The notes: generated from the sequence alone by a model not told the origin. A stretch of 64,000 bases of DNA from an uncultured bacterium (GCA_903821355.1 CAIJKW010000030.1:27897-91896), one strand, 5' to 3'; numbered from the stretch's first letter, positions 1 to 10,991 are shown. Translations and numbers: made by a program.

Positions 1-1
1 G

Positions 2-103
2 AAAGAGCTAAAAAAGATTGCCAAGAGGGTGGCGGAGGGGTTGCATGTGACTATTACAGAGGATAGGTTTAAGGCGATGAATAGTTTGAATACAAACAAT
101 TAA
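2..103 (+). CDS. 3' end of an unidentified protein-coding gene (partial, runs off window start)
   Basis: Open frame from window start to TAA at 101-103 (…KAMNSLNTNN*). No recognisable motif. Confidence 0.3.
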   Translation, partial: KELKKIAKRVAEGLHVTITEDRFKAMNSLNTNN

Positions 104-159
104 TTGGGTTTGGTGCAAAATCGTTTAGAGAAAATTTGGATGGAATAATTTATACGAAG

Positions 160-195
160 CAAAAACCGCCGCCAGCGTGGTGCTGGACGGCGGGG
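160..195 (-). terminator. Rho-independent terminator for minus-strand gene 225..812
   Basis: GC hairpin ccgccgcc…ggcggcgg. On the minus strand it is followed by a T-run (plus-strand A-run 161-165). Confidence 0.45.
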
Positions 196-224
196 TTGAG
201 GATTTGAACCTCGTTTTTGGCGGG

Positions 225-812
225 TCAGTAGCTCAAGCTGCAAGGGTTGCTACTTCCTTCCTGGATTTTCTCCCAGGTGAGATTTGATATCTCTCGATCC
301 TTGTCATGATAGGGTTGCAAGAGCTTGTCGCACTGGCTGGCCGACACTCTGCTAGCAAGGGAGATTTCGAAGCTGGTTTTGTCTCTTGCAAGGCTGCGAT
401 AGTTGGGATAGTCCTTAGACAATTCCGCGTCCTTCAACAGTTCTTGCGCGAACAAAACTTGGTCTATCGCAGAGTTGGCAGACCTGTCGATGTCCTCCAG
501 CTCCTCGACATATGGCCCAGAGCAGTACTTGCTGAAGCGGTATTCCACCACCGCAGGCAAGCACTCTTGGTCTATGACGCCAAGGTCATCAACTTTTCCA
601 ACCTTCTTTTCAAACGAGGACACTAGGCCCTTGAGAAGCAGCAGTTTTTCGGAGATAAGCTCCTTTTTCTTGCATTGCTTCTCCCAGGCCACAGCCTGAG
701 ATCTTTCATGGTTCAGCGTATCTTTCTGAACCGAGGTATAGGTGGAATAGGTGAGGAGGGCGAGTAGCACTAGAAGTAGCAAGCTCGCGACGAATTTGAT
801 TCTGTCTTTCAT
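225..812 (-). CDS. hypothetical membrane-anchored/secreted protein
   Basis: 195-aa ORF with N-terminal hydrophobic segment (LLLLVLLALLTY) and charged coiled-coil-like remainder. No known motif. Confidence 0.5.
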   Translation of the reverse strand: MKDRIKFVASLLLLVLLALLTYSTYTSVQKDTLNHERSQAVAWEKQCKKKELISEKLLLLKGLVSSFEKKVGKVDDLGVIDQECLPAVVEYRFSKYCSGPYVEELEDIDRSANSAIDQVLFAQELLKDAELSKDYPNYRSLARDKTSFEISLASRVSASQCDKLLQPYHDKDREISNLTWEKIQEGSSNPCSLSY

Positions 813-1211
813 GATGTGATGGTGGTGTTTGGTGTTGATCTCTTATGGTTTGGCAACTTCATCCAACCTGGATTTGATTGCACATGTCTTTGTATTAAAT
901 ATGCATAGACATGTACAATCAAAAACTTTGCCAAATAACACTTATTTCCAACCAAACATAATGTATCTATAAGGGGCTATACTGAGAAAAATACTAACAT
1001 ACAAATAGGGAATAGTCAACAGTGGTAAAATGAGCAGTGTCTGACATCAAAAACAACAAAACCCACACTTTCATGCGGGCTTTGTTGTTGTGCATCGTCG
1101 GCGCGCTTCACATCGTTTGTATAGCCAGCGTTAGCGTCAAACAGCAGTTTAACTCTAACATTGGCCGTACAAACTAGGTAAAATATGCACCTGCACTCCT
1201 TATTTTTAGTC

Positions 1212-2430
1212 TTATTTCTTGTTTTTGTCAACAAAGGCAAGAGCCATCTTTTGTTCCTTAGAATCAAATAGACTTATCTTGAATGTATAACTTTTACCAA
1301 GCTCAAGAGTTTCTTTTAGCTTTGCTTCACTACCAAATTCAGAAACGTGGACTAGTCCTGCGATTCCTTCTTCAATACTTGCAAGTGCTCCGTGCTTGTT
1401 GTACTTAATTACAACTCCAGTGACGACATCGTCTCTCTTGTATTTCTTCTCAGCATCTTTCCATGGGTTTGGCTTAAGAGCTTTGATCGATAGAGAAACT
1501 TTACCATCCTTAATTTCTATAACTTTAACTTTTATTTTTTCTCCAACCTTAAACATTGTACGAGGATCCTCTACAAGTGCCCAGTCAATTTCTGAAATAT
1601 GAACAAGACCTTCTAGGTTTTCTTCAAGTTTAACGAATACTCCAAAGTCAACTGCACCTGTGACAGTTCCTTCAACTTCATCGCCAACAACATACTTACT
1701 TGCAACTTTTTCTTTTTCTCCTCCAACACTTAAGTTTTTCTCTGAGAAAATAAGTTTACCTTCCTTAGGTGAAGCTGCAATGATTGTAACTGAAAGCTTT
1801 TGTCCAACTAGTTTTTTAAGTTCTTCAAGAATTCTATCCTTGTTTCCCTCTTCAACTCTTGGATAATTATCAGCCTTTAGTTGAGACGCTGGAAGGAATC
1901 CTTGAATTCCTTGCCATGCCATAAGAAGACCTCCCTTGTTTGCTTCAAGAACGGGAATATCATAAACAGTATTGTTTTTGATAGCACTTTCTGCTTCACT
2001 CCAAATAAGAGCCTGTTTAGCTTCTTTTAGAGAAAGTTCAATGTAACCATCTGCATTGTTAACTTCTACAACCTTTGCGGCAATACTATCGCCAATATTT
2101 ACTTTTCTTAGAATATCTCTAGCGCTTACATATTCTTTACCAAAAATAATTCCAGTTCCATATGGTTTAAGATCGATAAAAACACCCTTCTTATCAATTG
2201 CTATAACCTTACCCTCCACAATATCAGTTACACTTGGAGGAGTATGTGAGTCTGAAATAATTCTTCCCATCACACTTGCATTCATTTGTGCGATTTTTTG
2301 TGCAGTCTCTTCTTCCGCCTCAGTCATTTCTCTTTTAACCTTAACCTTTGTATCGTCTTTAGCGACACTTGTTGTTGCTTCTAATATTGTATCTTCTACG
2401 ACATTAGTTGCGTTTGTATCATTTGTCATG
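1212..2430 (-). CDS. rpsA: 30S ribosomal protein S1-like, multiple S1 RNA-binding domains
   Basis: Repeated S1-domain motifs (GKVIAIDKKGVFIDLKPYG…, GTVTGAVDFGVFVKLEENLEGLVHISEI, VVTGVVIKYNKHGALASIEEGIAGLVHVSEF). The first ATG is at 2428-2430; the ORF track's upstream TTG (2442-2444) is a less likely start. Confidence 0.8.
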
Positions 2431-2540
2431 AAATAAAAAAACAAGTACTGCTCCTGCTTGGGTCTCTGAATGGCACCGCAGGGGTTACAGTTCTTGGAAT
2501 TGCTAATAATCTGACTTAGGTATTATGCATGTTTTGGCGA

Positions 2541-2665
2541 ATAATTCAAGCCCCCAGCCCAAATACACGTCATCTGAGAGAACGGCGATTTCCTGCTGGA
2601 AATCGCCTCTGCTCACTGCAGTTCGCAAGTCTCTCAAATGACGTGTATTTGGGCTGGGGGACGGT
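2541..2665. repeat. Copy 1 of a ~120-bp imperfect-palindrome structured element (second copy at 16913..17050), upstream of rpsA
   Basis: Outer inverted repeat gcccagcccaaatac…gtatttgggctggg encloses a conserved core aacggcgatttcctgctggaaatcgcctctgctcactgcagttcgcaagtc. Copy 2 shares the outer arms and core. Confidence 0.6.
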
Positions 2666-2822
2666 AACGGTTTGCCAAAATATGCAGAATAAACCTGAGT
2701 TGGTGGGGTTTTAGGGCGGTTTGGAGATTGACAGTGGGGAGGTTGTTGTGGTATGGTTTTGGGGAACAAGCACCTTTAATAATCCAGCGACAGGTGCTTC
2801 AAACCTCAGACAACTCATTTAA

Positions 2823-3128
2823 ATGCACACTCACACAGTTCTTGTTAATGTATTGACATGTGTCTGGTACGTTTTTGTCATCATCTTTTGGATTATCAAT
2901 ACCAAGTTATGTTTACATGAAGACGGCGATGGTGGTGAATCTGATATCTTGTTCGCGTGTCGGTGTATTGGGTACACCTTTTTCACTATCGGACTCATCC
3001 TGATGCTTATCGGTGGTATCGACCGAAGTGATATGACAGCCACCATTAGCGGCTTTGTGCTTTTGACTTTTGGTCATGGCTTGATACTCTATGCACGCTT
3101 AAGACATCTGATGCCTAACGTACAATAA
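2823..3128 (+). CDS. hypothetical small membrane protein
   Basis: 101-aa ORF with 2-3 hydrophobic segments, followed by a terminator. No homology recognised. Confidence 0.35.
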   Translation: MHTHTVLVNVLTCVWYVFVIIFWIINTKLCLHEDGDGGESDILFACRCIGYTFFTIGLILMLIGGIDRSDMTATISGFVLLTFGHGLILYARLRHLMPNVQ

Positions 3129-3135
3129 CCAATAA

Positions 3136-3188
3136 CCCGTCCTGCGACGACACGTGGAAAATCCACCTGTCGCAGCAGGCGGGTTTTT
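3136..3188 (+). terminator. Rho-independent terminator
   Basis: cccgtcctgcgac…gtcgcagcaggcggg hairpin followed by TTTTT. Confidence 0.5.
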
Positions 3189-3274
3189 CAATTGAATAAA
3201 AATTTTATAAAATATTTGGTTATTCTTTATAAAAAATTTATAGAAATATCATCTCATTTTGATACTCTTGCGGG

Positions 3275-3829
3275 ATGGCAAAATCTAAGAAAAATAATAT
3301 TGCATATATTGATGGTGCAAATTTGCATAAGGGAATCAAAACACTTCCTTGGGATTTTGATCATGCAAAATTTAGAGTATGGCTTTTGGAGAAATATAAT
3401 GTAGTTGAAGCTTATATATTTTTAGGATTGGTAAGCAGTGATAAAAATATGGAGTTATATTTAAGACTTGAGTCTCAGGGTTACATACTTATTTTTAAAG
3501 AGGTTGTTGTTAATTCAAACGGAAGGACAAAAGGAAATTGCGATGCTGATTTAATAGTTCTTTTGATGCAACATCTTTATGGGGGTTTATTTGACAAAGC
3601 TATTTTGATTTCTAGCGATGGAGATTATATACCTTTAATTAAATTATTAATTCATGAGAACAAGATTGAGGTTTTGGTATCTCCGTATAACAGAAGTCTT
3701 TGTTCTATTATATTAAGAAGATCCAATGTAAGAATTGTCTATATCGATGATCAGAAATATTTACTTAAAATTGAGAATAATAATTATCTTGAAAATAAAA
3801 AAGCCGCCGATGAAGACGGAACATCATAA
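3275..3829 (+). CDS. NYN-domain (LabA/YacP-like, PIN-related) protein
   Basis: Motifs IAYIDGANLH…GNCDADL…ISSDGDY match the NYN/LabA-like acidic signature. Confidence 0.6.
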   Translation: MAKSKKNNIAYIDGANLHKGIKTLPWDFDHAKFRVWLLEKYNVVEAYIFLGLVSSDKNMELYLRLESQGYILIFKEVVVNSNGRTKGNCDADLIVLLMQHLYGGLFDKAILISSDGDYIPLIKLLIHENKIEVLVSPYNRSLCSIILRRSNVRIVYIDDQKYLLKIENNNYLENKKAADEDGTS

Positions 3830-3970
3830 GTAGCTTTTTTCTATTTGCGCGCGATGTATATATAATAGGTGCGTGCTTTTAAAAAGTCAAGAAAATGAGC
3901 AGCTTTACACCTTAATTATTTCATGTCTAAACTGAATGGGGGTTAAGTGGAGATTGAAAAAGGTTGGAAA

Positions 3971-4630
3971 ATGAGATATAATACTCCCATGATTATTACG
4001 TATTTGGGCCGTGAGGCTGTTAAAATTCAGTATGGAGATTTGGTTATAGCTTTTAATCCGCCAGCAAAGACATCGTCATATAAGATGAATAGATTTGGAG
4101 CTGATATTGCGCTTGAAACATTACCACATGAGGATATGTGTGGAGGATCTGAGATGGTTTATGGGGACAAGAAACCCTTCGTCATTTCTGGCCCTGGAGA
4201 ATATGAGGTGAATAGTATTTTTATAAAAGGTCTAGCAGGAGAGTCCTCATATGATATTGACAAAGATGATCCAAAACTTATTAACACAATATATGCATTA
4301 ACAGTTGAAGGCATTAATATGTTGTATCTTGGTGCGCAAGACGGTCCACTTCCAAAAGACACTGCGGATGCAATTGATTCTGTTGATATTCTATTTTTGC
4401 CAATAGGCGGAAACGGTGTTTTGGATGCAAAAACAGCTTACAAGCTTGCTATGAATTTGGAACCTAAAATTATTATTCCAATTCATTTTGATGGCAAGAA
4501 GGATGAGGCATTAACCTCGTTCTTAAAAGAAGCTGGAGAGCATGGTGACGCTATAGATAAATTAACAATCAAGAAAAAAGATCTTGATGGTAAAAATGGT
4601 GATATAATAGTTTTGTTACCACAACAATAA
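3971..4630 (+). CDS. metal-dependent hydrolase, beta-lactamase fold (UPF0173-like)
   Basis: N-terminus MRYNTPMIITYLGREAVKIQYGDLVIAFNP and C-terminal IIIPIHFD resemble MBL-fold UPF0173 hydrolases. The ORF may alternatively start at 3947. Confidence 0.6.
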   Translation: MRYNTPMIITYLGREAVKIQYGDLVIAFNPPAKTSSYKMNRFGADIALETLPHEDMCGGSEMVYGDKKPFVISGPGEYEVNSIFIKGLAGESSYDIDKDDPKLINTIYALTVEGINMLYLGAQDGPLPKDTADAIDSVDILFLPIGGNGVLDAKTAYKLAMNLEPKIIIPIHFDGKKDEALTSFLKEAGEHGDAIDKLTIKKKDLDGKNGDIIVLLPQQ

Positions 4631-4697
4631 AAGATTTTTAAGCTTAGAAATCACGTTAAAATCATTAGATTTTGACGAAAAAATAAAAAATAAAAAT

Positions 4698-5273
4698 ATG
4701 TTATCAAAACATTTTGAAAAAATAAGGCAAAAATCAGAAAACTATAGAATGGTCTATGCCTTTACTGTGTCCCTTGTTTTTACTGGGATTATTTCAGGTT
4801 TATGGGTCTTTTCAATGTTTATCCCCAATTTCAATAGTGATTCTAATATCGCAAATAGTGCCAATGTCTCTGGCGCAGTTGATGGAAAGGGTGTTGGTGA
4901 GAGTCAAAATTATTTAAGCCCAACTGGCGTTGTGAAGCAGGAAGGTGGAAATATCGTAGATTCTTTTTGGAATGCTATCAAAGGAATAAAAAGCAATCCT
5001 TATATGGGTGGTCAGTTTGAAGTAAGGTCTGACGGCACATCTGGATCAGAGAATTCAAATAAATTATCTACAACAACTGCAAGCGGTATCACAGTAGAAG
5101 TTGGTAATTCAAATAGTGTTGATTCAAGTGTTGGCATTATTGTTCCAAGCGGATCTACCGGTGGTGGTTATGTTAATACTGTGAATTCAGGTGGGGCGAG
5201 CGCAGGTGGTGCGAGTGCGAGCGCAGTTGACGCTGGTAACGTAAATGACACTGACAGCGCTTCAGGAAATTAA
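4698..5273 (+). CDS. hypothetical membrane-anchored Gly/Ser-rich protein
   Basis: N-terminal TM (VYAFTVSLVFTGIISGLWVF) followed by a low-complexity G/S/N-rich region. Confidence 0.45.
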   Translation: MLSKHFEKIRQKSENYRMVYAFTVSLVFTGIISGLWVFSMFIPNFNSDSNIANSANVSGAVDGKGVGESQNYLSPTGVVKQEGGNIVDSFWNAIKGIKSNPYMGGQFEVRSDGTSGSENSNKLSTTTASGITVEVGNSNSVDSSVGIIVPSGSTGGGYVNTVNSGGASAGGASASAVDAGNVNDTDSASGN

Positions 5274-5305
5274 TTATAAATTTAACAAGTAAATAAGACA
5301 AAACA

Positions 5306-7774
5306 ATGGCAAAAAAGATAGAAACTCCAGTAGAAGTGATTTCAGAAAACTCTGACAAAATCCAAGACAGAAATTTATCGCTTGAAATGAGGAAGTCATA
5401 TATTGACTATGCCATGTCTGTTATTACAGATCGTGCTCTTCCTGATATTAGAGATGGACTTAAACCAGTTCACCGTCGTATTTTGTATGCGATGAACGGT
5501 ATGCGTTTGACCGCATCTGCAAAAACAGTTAAGTCTGCCAAAGTTGTTGGAGAGGTTATGGGTAATTATCACCCACACGGAGATGCGGCTATCTATATGT
5601 CTATGGTCAACATGGCGCAAGATTTTACACTTCGTTATCCTTTGATTGTTGGTCAGGGTAACTTTGGAACTGTAGACGGTGATCCTCCTGCTGCTCAACG
5701 TTATACTGAAGCAAAAATGTCACGTCTTTCATCAGAGCTCTTAAGAGATATTAATAAGCAAACAGTTAATTTTGTTCCTAACTATGATGGATCAAGTAAG
5801 GAGCCCACAGTTTTACCTACTGCTGTTCCAAATCTGTTGTTGAACGGAGTTTTGGGTATTGCTGTTGGTATGGCTACAAACTTTCCTCCTCATAATCTAA
5901 GAGAGATTGTGGATGCCACAACTCACTTAGTTGATAATAACGATGCTTCATCGGAAGATTTGATGCAATTTATTAAAGGTCCAGATTTTCCACTTGGAGG
6001 AATTGCTTACAATGAAAAAGATATTGCAACCGCATGTATTCATGGAAGAGGCGGAGTTGTGGTTCGTGGTGAAGCTGAAATTATTGAAGAAAAAGCTGGT
6101 CAATCAAAAATTGTAATTACTTCAATCCCGTATCGCGTTAATAAATCGACTCTCATTGAAGCTATTGCTGATCTAGCTCGTGAAAAGAAACTTGAGGGTA
6201 TTAAAGATTTGCGCGATGAGTCAACAAAAGACATTAGAATTGTTATTGAATTAAAGAGTGGAAGTTATCCTCAAAATATTTTAAACTTCCTATACAAGCA
6301 CACGCAACTTGAATCAACTTTCCACTACAACATGGTCGCGCTCGTTGATGGTGTTCCGCAAACTCTCTCTATTAAGTCATGTTTGGAAGAATTTATTAAG
6401 CACAGAAAAGAAGTTATTAAGAGAAGGACAGAGTTTGATTTAAGAGAAGCACAAGAAAGAGAACACATTTTACTTGGTTTGAAGAAGGCGTTGGATCATA
6501 TCGATGCAATTATTAAAACCATTAAGGCTTCAAAAGATACTCCTACAGCTCATGTAAATTTGATGAAGGAGTTTAAGTTCTCAGATAGACAAACTACCGC
6601 TATTTTGGATATGAAGTTGCAAAGACTTGCGGGACTCGAAAGAAAGAAAATTGAAGATGAGTTGAAGGCCGTTCAAGCATTCATCAAAGAGTGTGAAGAC
6701 ATTTTGAAAAATCCAAAGAGAGTTTTGAAGATTATCAAAGATGAGCTTGCTGATATTAGAGAGCGTTTTGGTGATAATAGAAGGACAAAGATTATTAAGC
6801 ATGCAGCAAAGAACTTCTGTATAGAGGATGTTATCCCAGATGAGGAGAGCGTGCTTGTGCTTACAAGTGGCGGATATATTAAGAGAACTGATCCTGATGA
6901 ATACAGAAAGCAAAAAAGAGGTGGTGTTGGTGTAGTTGATTTGGATACTAAAGAAGAGGATTTTATAACTCATCTTATAACAACAACAACTCATAGTGAT
7001 TTGCTGTTCTTCACAGATAAAGGAAAGGCATATCAGATAAAGATGTACGATATTCCAGAGGGTAAGCGTGCTACTCGTGGAAAATCTATTATGAACTTTT
7101 TGTCTCTTTCTGATAATGAGAAAGTGACGTCTGTTCTGCCAATGCCAAAAGAAATTAAAAAGGGAAGTGGTCTTAGTTTGTTCTTGGTTACAAAGCAGGG
7201 AACTGGAAAGAAAGTATCAGTCGAGAGCTTCTTGGATGTTAGAAGAAGTGGAATCATTGCAATCAGACTTGATGCGGGAGATGAGTTGGTTTCCGCTTCA
7301 TTTGTTGAAAAGAAAGATTCTGTGATGGTTGTTGCATCTGATGGTCAGTCTATTAGATTTGACGAAGGTGATGTTAGAGAAATGGGTCGATCTGCTGGAG
7401 GTGTGCGTGTAATGAAATTGGATAAGGATGTGAGTGTCGTTGGAGCTGACACTATTGCAAAAGACGTAACTGATGCAACTGTGATGGTCATGTCTTCAAA
7501 TGGTTATGGAAAGAAAACTCCAATTAAGGAATATAAGATTCAAGGTCGCGGCGGAAGCGGAATCAAGACTGTGAAAGTCACTCCAAAGACAGGGGACTTG
7601 ATTTCTGCAAGAATTCTAACAGCAGGGCTTGAAGAGCTTGTTGCGATTTCAAAGAAGAGTCAAGTTATCAGATGTGATTTGAAAGAAGTTCCAACTCTTG
7701 GACGTGATACACAGGGTGTGAGAATTATGAAATTGCGCGAAGGGGATGGGTTGGCTTCATTGATTTGCTTATAG
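5306..7774 (+). CDS. gyrA: DNA gyrase subunit A
   Basis: Classic GyrA N-terminus ([33 protein letters not shown]), 822 aa, C-terminal beta-pinwheel repeats. Confidence 0.95.
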   Translation: MAKKIETPVEVISENSDKIQDRNLSLEMRKSYIDYAMSVITDRALPDIRDGLKPVHRRILYAMNGMRLTASAKTVKSAKVVGEVMGNYHPHGDAAIYMSMVNMAQDFTLRYPLIVGQGNFGTVDGDPPAAQRYTEAKMSRLSSELLRDINKQTVNFVPNYDGSSKEPTVLPTAVPNLLLNGVLGIAVGMATNFPPHNLREIVDATTHLVDNNDASSEDLMQFIKGPDFPLGGIAYNEKDIATACIHGRGGVVVRGEAEIIEEKAGQSKIVITSIPYRVNKSTLIEAIADLAREKKLEGIKDLRDESTKDIRIVIELKSGSYPQNILNFLYKHTQLESTFHYNMVALVDGVPQTLSIKSCLEEFIKHRKEVIKRRTEFDLREAQEREHILLGLKKALDHIDAIIKTIKASKDTPTAHVNLMKEFKFSDRQTTAILDMKLQRLAGLERKKIEDELKAVQAFIKECEDILKNPKRVLKIIKDELADIRERFGDNRRTKIIKHAAKNFCIEDVIPDEESVLVLTSGGYIKRTDPDEYRKQKRGGVGVVDLDTKEEDFITHLITTTTHSDLLFFTDKGKAYQIKMYDIPEGKRATRGKSIMNFLSLSDNEKVTSVLPMPKEIKKGSGLSLFLVTKQGTGKKVSVESFLDVRRSGIIAIRLDAGDELVSASFVEKKDSVMVVASDGQSIRFDEGDVREMGRSAGGVRVMKLDKDVSVVGADTIAKDVTDATVMVMSSNGYGKKTPIKEYKIQGRGGSGIKTVKVTPKTGDLISARILTAGLEELVAISKKSQVIRCDLKEVPTLGRDTQGVRIMKLREGDGLASLICL

Positions 7775-7808
7775 TCTTTATTTAAGTGTAAATAATATGA
7801 GACGTGGA

Positions 7809-7844
7809 AAGGGCCGCCGGACGAACGTCCGGCGGCCCTTTTGA
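7809..7844 (+). terminator. Rho-independent terminator after gyrA
   Basis: aagggccgccggacg-aacg-tccggcggccctt followed by TTTT. Confidence 0.7.
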
Positions 7845-7873
7845 TATCACGCAATTTGTTTCTGGATCAGGCT

Positions 7874-8377
7874 TTAACTCAGGCACAAGCTGAGGAGGTG
7901 GTGATGTGTGTTGTCGAGATCGAGTTCCCAGTCATATTTGACCATCACTCCATACTCCCTACGCAGTCCATGTGGTCCATCATCAATCTCCGGTGCAAAG
8001 TGCATAAGAATTGTACCCAGGAGGGTGCTCGATTCGTCCGTGTTATTAATCACAATCACATATGCACCGTTCTCAGCGGCGGACATGCGTTCTTTGATTA
8101 AAGAAGTAACACTTTCTTTGGTGAGTCCACCTCCATTCAGTTGAGAGACAATCTCGATTTCAGCGCCAAGCCCGGTAGATAAGATTTTGGTAGTCAGCCT
8201 ATCGTCTTTTCTTCCGGCCAAGAGGTGAAGCGGCATATCTCTCTTCTTGGTTTTGATTCTCTTCGCAAGCCTTCTGGTCCTTTCGCATATTGATGATTTG
8301 TAAAGATCCCGTTCCGTTATGTCAGATTCTTCTGGATTGGGGGCGCAAACTATTCCGTAAATTCTGATTTGGCTCAT
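7874..8377 (-). CDS. hypothetical protein (GC-rich, possibly acquired)
   Basis: 167-aa ORF with noticeably higher GC than its neighbours. No motif recognised. Confidence 0.45.
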   Translation of the reverse strand: MSQIRIYGIVCAPNPEESDITERDLYKSSICERTRRLAKRIKTKKRDMPLHLLAGRKDDRLTTKILSTGLGAEIEIVSQLNGGGLTKESVTSLIKERMSAAENGAYVIVINNTDESSTLLGTILMHFAPEIDDGPHGLRREYGVMVKYDWELDLDNTHHHLLSLCLS

Positions 8378-8596
8378 CTTGTGAAAATCTAGGTAACCGC
8401 CTAGTCGGGTTCAGGTTCTGAAATACAATATCACAAAAGTTCTTTGTGTAAAGAATTCAGCTTTGGAGAATCGTCCAAACGAAGATTCTGGTGACGATTT
8501 AGCAAAATCGCCACGGGGCTCGCCTACCGGGCGGTTTTGGAGAATCGTCCAAACGACGATTTTGGAGAATCGCCTACCGGGTGATATAATATTTAC

Positions 8597-9130
8597 ATGA
8601 GTTTTGTTCAACCAAAAAAGACATTGCATGATATGAATATTGCAGAAGGTATGACTGTTGTGGATTTTGATGCGGGTGCTGGATACTATACGATGGCACT
8701 TGCAGAAAAAGTTGGTTCACATGGAAAAGTTTTTGCAATTGATACCCGCGGAGATTTACTAACTAGGATTGCAAATGAAGCAAAAATTCTTCATCATAAA
8801 AATGTGGAAGTCATGAGGGGAGACATTGAGTCTCCAAATGGTTCAGGTCTTTTGAATGAAAGTGTAGACAGGGTTGTGATTGCAAATACATTATTTGTTT
8901 GTGACTATCCAGAGCGGGCAGTTAAGGAATCGATAAGAATATTGAAAAATAAGGGCAAAATTGCCGTCATTGACTGGTTAGATTCCTTTAATCATTTTGG
9001 TCCACACCCAGATTGTATAATTCCTAAAGAACATATCATTGCATGGTTTGCTAAAGATGGCATGGCACTAGAAAAAGAATTTGATGCAGGGGAATACCAC
9101 TATGGCCTAGTGTTTAAATTTAAAGATTAA
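8597..9130 (+). CDS. class I SAM-dependent methyltransferase
   Basis: VVDFDAGAGYYT is SAM-binding motif I (GxGxG). 177 aa is a typical size. Confidence 0.65.
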   Translation: MSFVQPKKTLHDMNIAEGMTVVDFDAGAGYYTMALAEKVGSHGKVFAIDTRGDLLTRIANEAKILHHKNVEVMRGDIESPNGSGLLNESVDRVVIANTLFVCDYPERAVKESIRILKNKGKIAVIDWLDSFNHFGPHPDCIIPKEHIIAWFAKDGMALEKEFDAGEYHYGLVFKFKD

Positions 9131-9146
9131 GTTATAATATTTATAT

Positions 9147-10493
9147 ATGAATAAATCATCGAGTCCTTTTCAAATCATTCTCATCGGAGTATTTATTTTT
9201 GCCGCTGTCGTTGGAGTTATAATTTTTGCCGCTTACACAAACTCTTCAAATAATTCTGCGGTAAAGGCAACAGTTTGGGGAACGGAGTCAGAAGATGACT
9301 TTAAAAATCTGATGGCTATTGTTGATCCACAAAAAAAAGCAATGGATGTAGTTTACGTACAAAAAAATGTTGATACATTTGAGTCAGAATTTGTTAATGC
9401 GCTTGCAGAGGGAAATGGTCCAGATCTTGTTTTGATCGATGATTCAAAATTGTTTTCTTGGAAGAACAAATTGCAACCCCTTTCTTTTAAGACTTTACCA
9501 CAAAGGACCTTCGCTGACACTTTTATTGATTCTGCTAACACTTTCATGACAGCTGACGGTGTTTACGCTTTACCATTTAACGTTGATCCTCTGGTGATGT
9601 ATTGGAATAAGACGATGTTTAGCGATGCTGGCATAGTTTTACCTCCAAAAACTTGGCAAGAAATGACTTCGGAGATTCCTAAACTAACACAGAGGACAGA
9701 TAGATCTGAAATAATAAAATCTACCGTTGCTTTGGGTGAGTCTTCAAACATCGATCATTCAAAAGAGATTTTTATTAACCTGATGCTTCAAGGGGGAAAT
9801 AATTTAATTCAATTTGATCCAAATACAAGCAGATATGTTTCTACGGCAAACACAGCTTCTGCTTCCGGAGTCAATGTTTTTGAAGCTGCAACAAATTTCT
9901 ACACTTCATTTTCTAATCCAAACAATGAAAGATATTCATGGAATAAGTCTCTTGTAAGTTCAAGGGATGCATTTGTTGCAGGAAATTTAGCAATATATTT
10001 TGGATATGCTAGTGAATATCCAGTTCTACAACGCAAGAATCCTAATTTAAATTTTGATGTTGCGGTTATGCCACAAGATGCAGATAGATCCTCCGGAGTT
10101 CAAGCGACTTCTTATGCAAAAATAAATGCCTTAGCTTTAGTTAAGCAATCTAAAAATCAATCAGCTGCAGTTAGTATGATGACACAATTAGTTGCATCTG
10201 GTGCACAAAAAGAATTAATAAAAATTACCAATTTACCATCAGCAAGAAGAGATCTTCTTTCTATTTCCGATGTAACTAATGCCTATACTGATGTCTTTGC
10301 TAGGGCAGCTATTCAGTCAAAGACATGGACTGATCCTAATCCAACAGCCACAGATTCAATGTTTAGAGAGTTGATTGATAATATTACGACAGGTAAGGTT
10401 TCGGGTAGTGAGGCAAGGAATACGCTAAATCAAAAACTCGAAGTTCTTATTGCTGGAGCAAATCCAAATAGTGTGAATTCCACAGGCAATTAA
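9147..10493 (+). CDS. extracellular solute-binding protein family 1-like, N-terminally membrane-anchored, no cognate permease/ATPase nearby
   Basis: N-terminal TM segment. GNGPDLVLIDDSKLFSWKNKL and YALPFNVDPLVMYWNKTMFSDAGIVLPPKTWQEM resemble SBP_bac_1 signatures. Confidence 0.55.
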   Translation: MNKSSSPFQIILIGVFIFAAVVGVIIFAAYTNSSNNSAVKATVWGTESEDDFKNLMAIVDPQKKAMDVVYVQKNVDTFESEFVNALAEGNGPDLVLIDDSKLFSWKNKLQPLSFKTLPQRTFADTFIDSANTFMTADGVYALPFNVDPLVMYWNKTMFSDAGIVLPPKTWQEMTSEIPKLTQRTDRSEIIKSTVALGESSNIDHSKEIFINLMLQGGNNLIQFDPNTSRYVSTANTASASGVNVFEAATNFYTSFSNPNNERYSWNKSLVSSRDAFVAGNLAIYFGYASEYPVLQRKNPNLNFDVAVMPQDADRSSGVQATSYAKINALALVKQSKNQSAAVSMMTQLVASGAQKELIKITNLPSARRDLLSISDVTNAYTDVFARAAIQSKTWTDPNPTATDSMFRELIDNITTGKVSGSEARNTLNQKLEVLIAGANPNSVNSTGN

Positions 10494-10511
10494 AATATTT
10501 AGTGTGGTATA

Positions 10512-10991
10512 ATGAAATTAATAACTTATATGATTAAAAATATGAAAATAACAAGGAATAAAAAGTTTTCTATGTTATTAGTTGCATTTACTATATTTGC
10601 TTCATTCTTTACTTTTATATCCAGTACTTCTGCTGCTACTACTGCCAATACAGCCGGTACAAATCCAGTCTCGGCTGTTCTGTTGAGATGTACTCAATCT
10701 GGAGTCGCTTGTGGTTTTAATGATTTTATAAGTCTAATAAATGGCATGATTCAGTATGGAATTGAATTAATAGGGATAGCATTTGTTATTGCCTTACTCT
10801 ACGCAGGTTTCTTGTATTTGACTTCGGGTGGTGACCCTTCAAAAGTCAAAAAAGTTAGAGATGTTCTCTACAAGATCATGTGGGGTATGGTATATACACT
10901 TTGTGGTTGGGTTATTGTATACTTTATAATAAAGAGTTTAGGTGTTCCAGTATCTTTTTACAATGGTCAATACGGACTTTTAAACATATAA
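10512..10991 (+). CDS. small secreted two-TM membrane protein (paralog family member 1)
   Basis: Signal peptide, then core IGIAFVIALLYAGFLYLTSGGDPSKVKKVRDVLYKIMWGMVYTLCGWVIVYF (TM, short charged loop, TM). Confidence 0.5.
   Translation: MKLITYMIKNMKITRNKKFSMLLVAFTIFASFFTFISSTSAATTANTAGTNPVSAVLLRCTQSGVACGFNDFISLINGMIQYGIELIGIAFVIALLYAGFLYLTSGGDPSKVKKVRDVLYKIMWGMVYTLCGWVIVYFIIKSLGVPVSFYNGQYGLLNI

Noticed and set aside
2503-2769. Track ORFs 2503..2769(-), 2529..2714(+), 16926..17165(+), 16577..16825(+)
   Set aside because: They overlap or are created by the palindromic repeat elements, are symmetric-sequence artefacts, and have no start context or homology.
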